DNA of 64,000 bases from a virus. The stretch is taken from positions 17,266 through 81,265 of the IMG/VR virus record IMGVR_UViG_3300012001_000006. One strand, given 5' to 3'. A program made the translations under genes and the position numbers. Position 1 is the stretch's first letter. Each line of letters opens with the position of its first letter. The notes below the pieces were generated by a model, which was given only the letters and a program-made list of their open reading frames with translations, did no database searches and was not told the origin of the DNA. Shown in pieces: positions 27,809 to 36,800 of this stretch.

Positions 27809-28216
27809 TTAATGTAAGAGGCGAACGACGGGCGGAACGACGACCGATGCGACGTAGGTAAGAACGCCCCCAACTACCGTCCAGACGATCTTCATGGTTT
27901 TTTGCGCACCCACCTCCTTACCGTTGCTTGCCGCCTGCTTCAGCTCCGTGGTGCGCAGCTTGGTGTCTATCAAATCAACCCGCCCCTGCAAGTGCGCGAT
28001 TGACTCACCTGACACGTTTTGGGCGCGTTCGCGCTCTTCCAAGCGGTCGACCCTCTCACCGTAGTTACGAACGGTTGTGGCGGTATTCTGGTGTCTTTCT
28101 TCGAGAACCGCGAGACGAGTAATTGCCTCCGCGATCAGTTTCATGCTGCCGCGCATCTCACGCATGTCTTCCTGCATTTGCCCCATTTGCTGTTCCAGGG
28201 AGTGACTGAGAGGCAT
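27809..28216 (-). CDS. Coiled-coil protein with C-terminal TM (holin/XhlA-like)
   Basis: Coiled coil with AITRLAVLEER and C-terminal IVWTVVGGVLTYVASVVV; directly upstream of the endolysin. Confidence 0.6.
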   Translation of the reverse strand: MPLSHSLEQQMGQMQEDMREMRGSMKLIAEAITRLAVLEERHQNTATTVRNYGERVDRLEERERAQNVSGESIAHLQGRVDLIDTKLRTTELKQAASNGKEVGAQKTMKIVWTVVGGVLTYVASVVVPPVVRLLH

Positions 28217-28321
28217 TTTGATTCCTTCGAATTAAGGTAGTCCATGTCAATCCTTCGTCGCTCGCTTGCAAAGGGATAAGTGTGACTGGATTCTATCGCC
28301 TTTCAGCCATTTTGTAAATCA

Positions 28322-28849
28322 TTACTGACTTATTTCTTTGTCCGGCAAAATCTTACACAATTCGTGTCCAGCGTCCAGTACCGCCGCAACCACCGCGGCC
28401 GGCGTCGCTTTTGGGCCGAAGTCGAGACCGGACAGCCTGCGGGCGAGGATGAACAGTTCGGCGCATTCGAGCTTGCTACTGGCGCCAAGCGTCAGCAGGT
28501 TCAGTTGCGCCATCACGGCGTCGATCTTGGAGTACTCGGCTACCCCGATCACGGACTTCAGGTAAGCCGTCTCGGCAGGGGAAAAGTCGGTCTTGAGTGG
28601 CGCCCAATAGCAGCCGTGCGCGCTCAGAACCGCCGATAGCGGCACGCGGCGAACAACCGGCACAACCGACTCAATCACCCACACCACGCCATCCTGGTCG
28701 ACTTGCGCCAGGGCGACGTGGCAGTATTCCGACTCGGTGCCGATGCGTACCGCTTGAACTTGCAGGTCGTACCAAGTAGACCAGTCGTAATGAGACCAGG
28801 CGAGCATGTCGCCTGTCTGGATCTTCCTCTTTGCTTCGGAGAAATTCAT
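28322..28849 (-). CDS. Permuted papain-like (YiiX/NlpC-P60) enzyme
   Basis: IQTGDMLA, YCHVAL (His) precedes LECAEL (Cys), TP motif. Confidence 0.7.
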   Translation of the reverse strand: MNFSEAKRKIQTGDMLAWSHYDWSTWYDLQVQAVRIGTESEYCHVALAQVDQDGVVWVIESVVPVVRRVPLSAVLSAHGCYWAPLKTDFSPAETAYLKSVIGVAEYSKIDAVMAQLNLLTLGASSKLECAELFILARRLSGLDFGPKATPAAVVAAVLDAGHELCKILPDKEISQ

Positions 28850-28884
28850 CGCGTTCCTTGATTGACGTTGGCCGGCAGTGTCGT

Positions 28885-29397
28885 CTATTCGTACACCGTC
28901 AATTCGAACGGCACAGGCAGCGCGATATGCAATGGAAGATCACGGCTGTTGATACCCGCCTCGGTGACTTGGTAGTAGCCAGAGCGGTCGAATGTGATGC
29001 TGACATTCGCCACACCATTGACGAAGTTGACACCCTTGATACGCGACACGGCACCATTGCTTTCAATTGGCACCGCGAACGTCTGCGTGAGCGGTATGAC
29101 CACCCCATGCCCGTCCTTCAGCGTGGCTGAAAAGTTGACAGGCGCGCCAATGGCAGCGGTAAGAGAAGGTGCGGTAATCTCCAGGTGCGTCTCGGCGGAG
29201 AGTTTGTCGTGTTCAGCTTGTGCGGCCGCAGCATCACTGGCGGTTTGCGCGGCCGTGATCGCGGCAAGATAATTATCCTGCCAGGTCTGGGCAAGGGCTG
29301 CGGTAGTAAATGCCGAACCATCTGCCGGATCAATGTCCTGATACAGAAAGTGGTCCGGCAGACTTACGACGTAATTTCCATTTTTTTCGATAATCAT
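28885..29397 (-). CDS. Tail fibre-associated protein with Ig-like C-terminus
   Basis: Follows the fibre gene; beta-rich C-terminus. Confidence 0.55.
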   Translation of the reverse strand: MIIEKNGNYVVSLPDHFLYQDIDPADGSAFTTAALAQTWQDNYLAAITAAQTASDAAAAQAEHDKLSAETHLEITAPSLTAAIGAPVNFSATLKDGHGVVIPLTQTFAVPIESNGAVSRIKGVNFVNGVANVSITFDRSGYYQVTEAGINSRDLPLHIALPVPFELTVYE

Positions 29398-29406
29398 TTT
29401 TATTCC

Positions 29407-30891
29407 TTAGAATGTGAGATTCAGGGTCAGGGATTTCTTAAACAGGCCGTAGTAGTCTGTACTTATTGTTCCAGTGGTAGTACCCGTACCCTGTGCGATC
29501 CAGAGATCCAAGACGCCAGCTACCATGCGTGCGCCTACTACTTGCCCCCATTGCGTTGACGCGGCTGTAGCTGAAATTCCCTGTGCGCTATTACCTGTTA
29601 AGTAAAGACTGCCGATGTATCTGCTAACTCCTGTCGTCTTGTTAAGGATCGCCATTGCAATCTTTCGCGACCCCGCGTCAGGTCGCCGTACAGTGGATGC
29701 TTGCCCATTTATCTGCATGGAGATGGTATGCAGCATGTAGGTGCTGTCTAGCCGATGGAATTTATGACTGCCGTTACCCAATTGCTGAATATCGGAGTTT
29801 TGATTAAAACCATTACCTTGTGTGCATTCTGCAAGTAGATCCCAATTTATGTCACCGAGAGGTGCAATCTTCGTTCCACCCCCATTCGACATAGCAAATG
29901 GAGGCCAGTAACGCGTACCTGTTTGTTCGGGGGAACTAGCACCATACCCAGCTACCGCAGGGAGAATGCCAAAGTTTGTCCAGTAACCTGGAGAGGCCAG
30001 TAACGCGTAATTACCAACATTGTCATTATTACGGCAATAATTAGAGCTATACATCCAACCATAGCTAGAGGGATATGGGTCAGCAGTAGTTGTTGCTGTG
30101 CCTCCTGAAAGAATGTACCAACTTGCCCCATAAGTACGGTAGTAAATAACATCGTCCGAGCCGCGTGCAATCATCCCCTGATTAGTGTCCACAATTACTT
30201 GCGTCCATGCTGCCGTGCCGGTACGCTTCCAAAGACCGTAGTAACCGGCACTTGCACAGTTTGCCCAGACGGTGCCGCTGGCATCTTCGGTAATATAGAT
30301 AAAACATTTGGATTGAGAATCTACCGTACCGACCCCTGTTGTAAGGTCTACCGCCTGAACAGTGTATGGGTTGGCTTGCATGGCGATGAAGAGCAAGTTC
30401 TTCGAATCACTCCGCCAAGAACAGGAATATTGGGCGTATTGCGCCGCATACGCGTATGTTGAAACAGGCTCTGCGTTCGCTATATCACGGTGCAAACAGG
30501 TCATCGGAGTAGACGCAATGATCAAATCCCTCTTATTCGAGAGATCAGACCGTTCAGACATCAGGATATTGGTGCTGGCAGTAAATCCGGCGGCAGTATT
30601 CGTCATAGCCGTGCTGGCCGCGTTGACCGCCGTAACGGAATTAGTTTGCGCCGTCTGCAAAGCCGTGACCGCTGCCGCTTCCGACGCGGAATTCGCTGTC
30701 GTGGCGGCATTCAACGCCGTCACACTGTCACTCATCATCCCTGCTGCAACCGCCTGGAAGTCCGTACCGGCCTGAAGCAGTTGCAGACCTTTCGTGTAGA
30801 TTGCAATCTGCTCAGTGGTGGCCGTACCTGCCGTGATTAAATCGGCCAGTGCGTTGATAAGTTGTGCGCTGAGTTGAACTGAAGTCGTCAT
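29407..30891 (-). CDS. Putative tail fibre / receptor-binding protein
   Basis: Helical Ala/Thr N-terminus then Tyr/Trp/Gly-rich beta domain; AT-richer DNA; tail module position. Confidence 0.6.
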   Translation of the reverse strand: MTTSVQLSAQLINALADLITAGTATTEQIAIYTKGLQLLQAGTDFQAVAAGMMSDSVTALNAATTANSASEAAAVTALQTAQTNSVTAVNAASTAMTNTAAGFTASTNILMSERSDLSNKRDLIIASTPMTCLHRDIANAEPVSTYAYAAQYAQYSCSWRSDSKNLLFIAMQANPYTVQAVDLTTGVGTVDSQSKCFIYITEDASGTVWANCASAGYYGLWKRTGTAAWTQVIVDTNQGMIARGSDDVIYYRTYGASWYILSGGTATTTADPYPSSYGWMYSSNYCRNNDNVGNYALLASPGYWTNFGILPAVAGYGASSPEQTGTRYWPPFAMSNGGGTKIAPLGDINWDLLAECTQGNGFNQNSDIQQLGNGSHKFHRLDSTYMLHTISMQINGQASTVRRPDAGSRKIAMAILNKTTGVSRYIGSLYLTGNSAQGISATAASTQWGQVVGARMVAGVLDLWIAQGTGTTTGTISTDYYGLFKKSLTLNLTF

Positions 30892-30892
30892 G

Positions 30893-33001
30893 TTAGTAGC
30901 CTCTTGTCATAATTAAAATATCCTTTATGTCGCCCATATCCAGAAATCGATAGAGGGCGGCACTCTGTTCGCTTGCGAGTAATGAACTTGCGGTGACACT
31001 GTTTGCGGTGATGGCGGTAATTGCAGCCTGCGTTGCGGTCGATACCGGCTTGTTGAGGTCGCTGGTGTTGTCCACATTGTCGAGGCCCACATCGCCCTTT
31101 ACCAGCACCACTACGCCACCCTTGCCGGCGACCGAATCCACTGCACCGCTGGTGATGTAGATGTAGGCGGAACCCGACCAGCGGTAAGCCTTGTTGGTGT
31201 CCAGCGCCACGTAAATCTTGCCCGCCTCACCGATAGCCGGCATCGAGGCGAGGTTGGCGAATTCCAGTACGTCATCGACGTAACTTGGTAGGTAGGCCGC
31301 TGCGATCTTGCTGTCGGAACCGAGCGGCGCTACACCGCTTGCGGCGCCCTTTTGTGCTGCGTCGAGCGGCGTGAATGTCAGCGCCGTCGTAACGTTTAAT
31401 GCCGTCAGCTCGCTGCGAATCGTGGCCGAGGTTTTGTTCTCGACGTTGCCCAATCCAATCGCTGCCGCGGTGATGGTGGGCTTGTTTAGTATTTGCGCAA
31501 CGCCTGTTGTTGCGTTCCAGTCGGCGTTAATTTGCCCCGACGCCGCCTGGGCCGCCGACGCTGCTGACGCTGCTGCGCTGGCTGCGGCCGCCTCTGCTTG
31601 AGTAGTTGAGACGCCAGCCTGGGTTGTCGCCGTGGTTGCGCTACTTACTGCCGCCGCTGCCTGTGTAGTTGCGGCAGTTGCGCTGTCGGATGCTGATGTT
31701 GCGCTGGTGGCGGCGCTGGCGGCGCTGGTTGAGGCGGCCAAAGCACTTGCTGACGCGTCTGCCGCTTTAGTCGTTGCTGTCGTCACGCTGGTTGCCGCCG
31801 CAGCAGCACTACCCGCTGCTGCCGCTGCACTGCTTGCCGAACCTGTAGCTGAAGCAGACGCCGCTGTGGCACTGGATGCGGCCGTCGCGACAGAGCTGGC
31901 GGCGCTGGCGGCACTTGCTGCGGCGTCAGTCGCCTGCGCCGTTGCGAGCGTTACCTGGGCGGCGCCGTTTGTTGTCGCCGCGGTAGCTTGAGTCGTTGCA
32001 GTCACGGCGGAGTCTGCGGCGGAAGTAGCGCTAATTGAAGCTGCTGTGGCGCTTGCGGCCGATTCTGTGACGTGATCGCCAGCGGTGATTGCGGAAGCTG
32101 CTGATGCGGTTGCAGAAGCTGCGGAGTTGCCCGCCTGCGCGGTCGAGATACCCGCCTGCGCGGTCGAGATACCCGCCTGCGTGGTTGCTGTAGCAGCGCT
32201 GTCTGACGATGCTGTTGCGCTGGTGGCTGAAGCTGTCGCGCTTGTGGCGGCGCCGGATGCTGATCCTGCGGCTGCTGCGGCCGACAGGGCCGCGTTGACC
32301 GTTTCAATCTGAGCGTCAGCGTCGTAGTCGCCCCATGCGGTGCCGCTATAGACGCGCAGCTTGTGTTCTGTGGTGTTGAAGTACTCGGTGCCGGCGGTCA
32401 GTGCGGCGCCGTTGCCGTCAAGTGCTGGATCGGTAGCGAACGAGCCTAAATACTTTTCGCGAAATGATGCGAGTTGCGCTGCCAGGGCTGATGCGGAGCT
32501 GGCGGCGGCGGTCGCTTGCGTGGTTGCGGTAATTGCACTGTCCGCGGCGGCAGTAGCGTTAGTCGCCACACCGGCAGCCGTCGAGACCACGACGGCGGTG
32601 TCGGCAACGACGGTGTTGTATTGGGCCGCAACGACCGCAAAGCCAGACGGTGACGCTGCCGTCATCATCTCTTGCAATTTATACATTGTCGCCGTCCAGA
32701 TCGCTGCCGTACCAACGTCGCCTTGAGCGATCGTTGGCAGCATGTCTGGGTAGGTGTAATCCGCAACGAAAACGCCAGGCGCGGAAGAATTTGTGTCGCC
32801 GACATAGTTGCCGGTCAGCGTGACGTGGGTGTTGGTGCCGTCGAATGTAGCATCAGCGGCGACGGTATAAGGCACAAGCAGTGAGTCCACCATGAAGATG
32901 GAGTTCCGCTTGATTCGCAAGGTCAAGTCGATGCCCGCAAGGACAACCGCCTGGCTACCGTTCGTTACGCTGCACGTCTGTTTAACTTGTGACATTTTCA
33001 T
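30893..33001 (-). CDS. Side tail fibre protein with Ala/Ser/Thr-rich stalk
   Basis: Long ASAAAA repeats; QINADWNATTG..ILNKP; GLGNVEN; GVAPLGSDSKI..YLPSYVDDV; VDSVAGKGG; DVGLDNVDNTSD..KPVS. Confidence 0.85.
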   Translation of the reverse strand: MKMSQVKQTCSVTNGSQAVVLAGIDLTLRIKRNSIFMVDSLLVPYTVAADATFDGTNTHVTLTGNYVGDTNSSAPGVFVADYTYPDMLPTIAQGDVGTAAIWTATMYKLQEMMTAASPSGFAVVAAQYNTVVADTAVVVSTAAGVATNATAAADSAITATTQATAAASSASALAAQLASFREKYLGSFATDPALDGNGAALTAGTEYFNTTEHKLRVYSGTAWGDYDADAQIETVNAALSAAAAAGSASGAATSATASATSATASSDSAATATTQAGISTAQAGISTAQAGNSAASATASAASAITAGDHVTESAASATAASISATSAADSAVTATTQATAATTNGAAQVTLATAQATDAAASAASAASSVATAASSATAASASATGSASSAAAAAGSAAAAATSVTTATTKAADASASALAASTSAASAATSATSASDSATAATTQAAAAVSSATTATTQAGVSTTQAEAAAASAAASAASAAQAASGQINADWNATTGVAQILNKPTITAAAIGLGNVENKTSATIRSELTALNVTTALTFTPLDAAQKGAASGVAPLGSDSKIAAAYLPSYVDDVLEFANLASMPAIGEAGKIYVALDTNKAYRWSGSAYIYITSGAVDSVAGKGGVVVLVKGDVGLDNVDNTSDLNKPVSTATQAAITAITANSVTASSLLASEQSAALYRFLDMGDIKDILIMTRGY
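32130..32181. repeat. 21-bp tandem repeat within the tail fibre gene
   Basis: CCCGCCTGCGCGGTCGAGATA about 2.5 copies (TAQAGIS). Confidence 0.75.
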
Positions 33002-33031
33002 CCACCGATTCGACTTCTGGCGATTCTATCA

Positions 33032-33049
33032 TAAGTCATGACTGACTTA
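33032..33049. promoter_or_regulatory. Perfect 18-bp palindrome upstream of the tail fibre gene
   Basis: TAAGTCA-TGAC-TGACTTA; TAGAAT on the minus strand at 33028-33023. Confidence 0.75.
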
Positions 33050-33058
33050 TGCGAGAAA

Positions 33059-33469
33059 TTAAAAATTATTCAGCTTTGCAGTTACGGCGGCAACATGGGA
33101 GACGATCGTCGGCACCGTACTGATGCTCGTTAGAGTGTCCTTGCCGGCTATTCTGGCACCCTCAATGTTCGGCCCGATCACGTTATTCCAGGTGTCGCCG
33201 ATGGTCTTAATCCGGTCGGCGGTATCTTTGGGCGACATGCCGGTCTCTGTTGATTCAGCCCGAACCCACGGAAAGCCCGTCACGTCTTGCGGGTAGCCCG
33301 CCGTCACGTAGGCGCGCGCATCGTCGTACTTGGCCTTATAGGTGGCGTCCTGCCCCTGGACGGTCGTGATGTACCGCGCGCGGGCCTCGCCGGCGGCTGT
33401 ATCGATCTTGTCGCGACCCCAGACGCGAGCCTCCTCGTCGGTCTTGAACGGGTGAATGTCAAATCGCAT
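33059..33469 (-). CDS. Tail fibre assembly-like protein
   Basis: IDTAAGEARARYIT...YKAKYDDARAY; tail module position. Confidence 0.65.
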   Translation of the reverse strand: MRFDIHPFKTDEEARVWGRDKIDTAAGEARARYITTVQGQDATYKAKYDDARAYVTAGYPQDVTGFPWVRAESTETGMSPKDTADRIKTIGDTWNNVIGPNIEGARIAGKDTLTSISTVPTIVSHVAAVTAKLNNF

Positions 33470-33854
33470 GGATGGTTACTCGCTTGTCTTGATAGGGAAA
33501 GAGCGTCAGCAGCACCGTGTAGGTGCCGGCCAGCGCAAACGTCATCGTCACATCGACAGCCGCGTCGGTGACGCCAGACATCGCTGTCGGGCCAGTCACG
33601 TCGATCTTGGCGCCGACCGGTACGCCGCTAATCACCAGCTCGTCGGTGGAGTCGGCCGTCACGGTCATCTTCGAGAACATAGCGGGGCTTTCCGGTCGCG
33701 CCACCTTCTCCCCGCCGACGATATACTCGGTTTGCGGGTTAGCCTCATCGCCCATCCAGAGGTTGTCGCCTTGTAGTTCAATCATCCCCTCCGGCACGCT
33801 CCCCATGAAAAGGATTCGGCCGGCAGCATCGTACTTCGCATACTTCACATTCAT
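33459..33854 (-). CDS. Hypothetical tail-associated protein
   Basis: ATG overlaps the tip-protein stop; YDAAGRIL motif. Confidence 0.65.
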   Translation of the reverse strand: MNVKYAKYDAAGRILFMGSVPEGMIELQGDNLWMGDEANPQTEYIVGGEKVARPESPAMFSKMTVTADSTDELVISGVPVGAKIDVTGPTAMSGVTDAAVDVTMTFALAGTYTVLLTLFPYQDKRVTIHAI

Positions 33855-36800
33855 CGCATCACTCCAAGAAAAGTCACACCCCATGCCGCCAAGTCCCACG
33901 TACCGTCCGTCCAGTTATTGCCGACCCACATCGTAAAGGTATGAGTGCCGGCGCCAAGGAAGACTTTCGCGCTCGCGATGTGCGACTGCGTGACGCCACC
34001 GTATGCGGTGTCCGCCCAATCTAGGTAGGTGTTGCCATCTACCTTCACCATAAAGCGCGTGTTGCCGCCGGTGAACCCGCTGCCAGTCTGGCTGGCTTGC
34101 CAGTTGGCGACGGTCAGCACATTCACGGCGTCATTGAAGCTCAGCGTCAGCGATGCGATCTGCACCAGCGACCCCGCGACGAGACCGGACGCAGAATAGG
34201 CGCCGCTAACGTACGACGGCACAGTTACCGCGTTGCCTGCAATCTTTAAGGTGTTGATTTGCGCATCACCAATCTTGGCGGTGGCAATTGATGCGTCACC
34301 AATCAAGGCGGTGCTGATGATTACAGCCGGCGTGCCGCCGACCGCACCAATCGTGAACGGGTACACGTTTGGATAGCCTGGCATAACCACCGAGAAGCTG
34401 TCGGCCCGCACCATAAATTCAGAGACCGGCACGCCGTTGATGGTAGTGCTGGCGAGTCCATAGCCAGAGACGTAGCCGTTGTTGTCGATCTTGACGGTGT
34501 ACTGCGCCGCCAACCCGTTGATTGATGTCGCCTGAACGCCGATCGCCGTTGTGTGGTCTGCAACCGTGCTGGAGATGGTTGATATTGCCGCGGCACTCGC
34601 TGAGTCTGCGTTGGCACGTACCGTCGTTTCTGTAGCGATGGACGCCGTGTTGTCGTCAACCGTCGCCATCAACGCACTGATCGTTGTTGCGAGCGCTGAG
34701 TCCGCGGTCGTGCGTGCGGTCGTTTCCGTAACGATTGCCGCCGTGTTGGTGTCAGTACTCGCTGCCACAGCGTCGATGCGCGCACTGAGGGCGCTGTCCG
34801 CGGTGGTGCGCGCGGTTATTTCGGTGGAGATAACCGCCGTGTTGTTGTTTGTCACTGCCGACACCGAACTCAGTGTCGAAGAAATGGCATCAGTTGTCGT
34901 GTTGACGGAGTTGGCAAGATTGGTGATGGCCGTACCGCGCTCGGTCGCTTCGGCCAACACTCGCGCCGCCACGCTACCCAGCAGCCCGACAGGGCCGTCA
35001 ACAAGGTTGATGCGATCCTGCAAGGTCGTGATAAGTTGTGAGTCCTTCAGTACGCCACCCGCAATCGCGTCCACATCCATATAGGGCGTCTTGAAGTGCG
35101 TCACGGCGGAAGGCAGCAACTCGGTCTTGCCGAACGCGTCATAGGCGGCAATGCGGTAATAATAATCCGCATTGAACATCAGCTTCGACAGGGTGATCGC
35201 CTTGTCGGGGCCGTCAAATACCACGAATGTATCGCCGTAGGTGGCTATACCGGCGTCAGAAAGATCGTTGGCGTTTTGCGACAGCCAGATCGTCGCGCCG
35301 GCGAAGTCGGGGTCTTCTGAGTGGGCGTACGAAATCGCAGCGGAGTTATAGGTCGCTGTGGAATCTGTGCCAAGCACTATCGGCGGCGGATTGTACGCAT
35401 CGAGCGTGGTGATAGGCCCGAGATTGTTGGACTTATCGCGCATCCTGATCTGAAACTGAAGGTGACGTTCGATGCCATCTTCGAAGTTGTGTTCGTACGA
35501 GTAGGTGTAGTTGCTGGCGGTCACGTACTCGGTTCTACGCAGCGTCACGCCCGCTTTGTCGAATATCTTGATCTCGTAATCTTTGAATTGCGGGTCAAGC
35601 GCACCGGCATCAGCGCCGACCGGCTCAGATCCGAACTCGTACGAGTGCGTCAGCGAGTTGTAGCGCCAACTGATCTTGCAGTTCTTGCCAGACCAGATGA
35701 ATTCAGCGCCGGTGACGCTGCCAACATTCACCTTTGGCAGTTCGCCAATGACTGTGTAGGTGATGGATGGCGATATGGCGAGCGCGCAGCGTTTGCCGAA
35801 CGCGTCATAGGCGACGACCGTTACGGTCAGCACGTCGCCCTTGGCGGTGTCGATCGCGGTGTCGGTGCGATGCGGTACGGAGCCGATCTTGATTTGCGGG
35901 CCGTCATTCTTCTTCACATAGATGTCGGCGCCATCATACATACCGGTTTGCGGCAGCGCCCAGGAGGCAACCGCTTTGCTAACGATATTGCTGCCGGAGA
36001 CGTATGTCTCCTCGTACATGACCAGATCCATTACCGGCCCGATGATGGAATCTTCTGGGTGAATGACGGGCGGCGTGGTGGTGCCATACCGTCCGAAGTC
36101 ATAGACCAGCGGGTCATACTGAAGCGCCGTAATGTCGCGACGATACTCGTGCGAGCCGATGATTGAAGTGACGCGGAAAGCCTGTTTCACCTTACCGACT
36201 TCGCCGAACATCCAGTTGCCGTACAGGGCGGCAGTCTGGATCATTGGCGTCTGAAGTGTGATGACGGAGGTATCGCCAGGTACGTTGACGACGTTGACCT
36301 CCTCGACAACATCAGTATCCCAAAGTGTGTAGGCTGCGCCAACCACCAAGCCGGCCGGATCGTCAACGATGACGCCGTAGCTTCCACCGCCCTGATCAAA
36401 GGTGGCCGACGCGCGCACGTCGATCGTGCCGACCTTGAGACGCTTGACCGTCTTCATGCCGTTGTAACCGGTGAGGAAGATCGAGTCACCTGCGATGTTG
36501 TAGATGGCGCCGGCCGCTTGCTGTTGTGTGTCATGCAGCGCCAGCAGCATGTACTGCTTGCCGGCCTCCATCGTGACTGGCCGGTCGAGCTGAACAACGG
36601 ATGCGGTATTGTCGTCGTTAAACCGTCCCGCCTGCGCCCAATTCGGCATGTCGTGCTGAACGTAGATCAGACTACCTACCGTGCAGCTAATCGCTTCGAG
36701 CGGCGCGGAAAAGCTGACAGTTTTCAGAATATAGCGATTCAAGTTCATCATGAACTGCGCTTCCTTGAACGCTGTCTCCGCATTGTCCACGCCATACATC

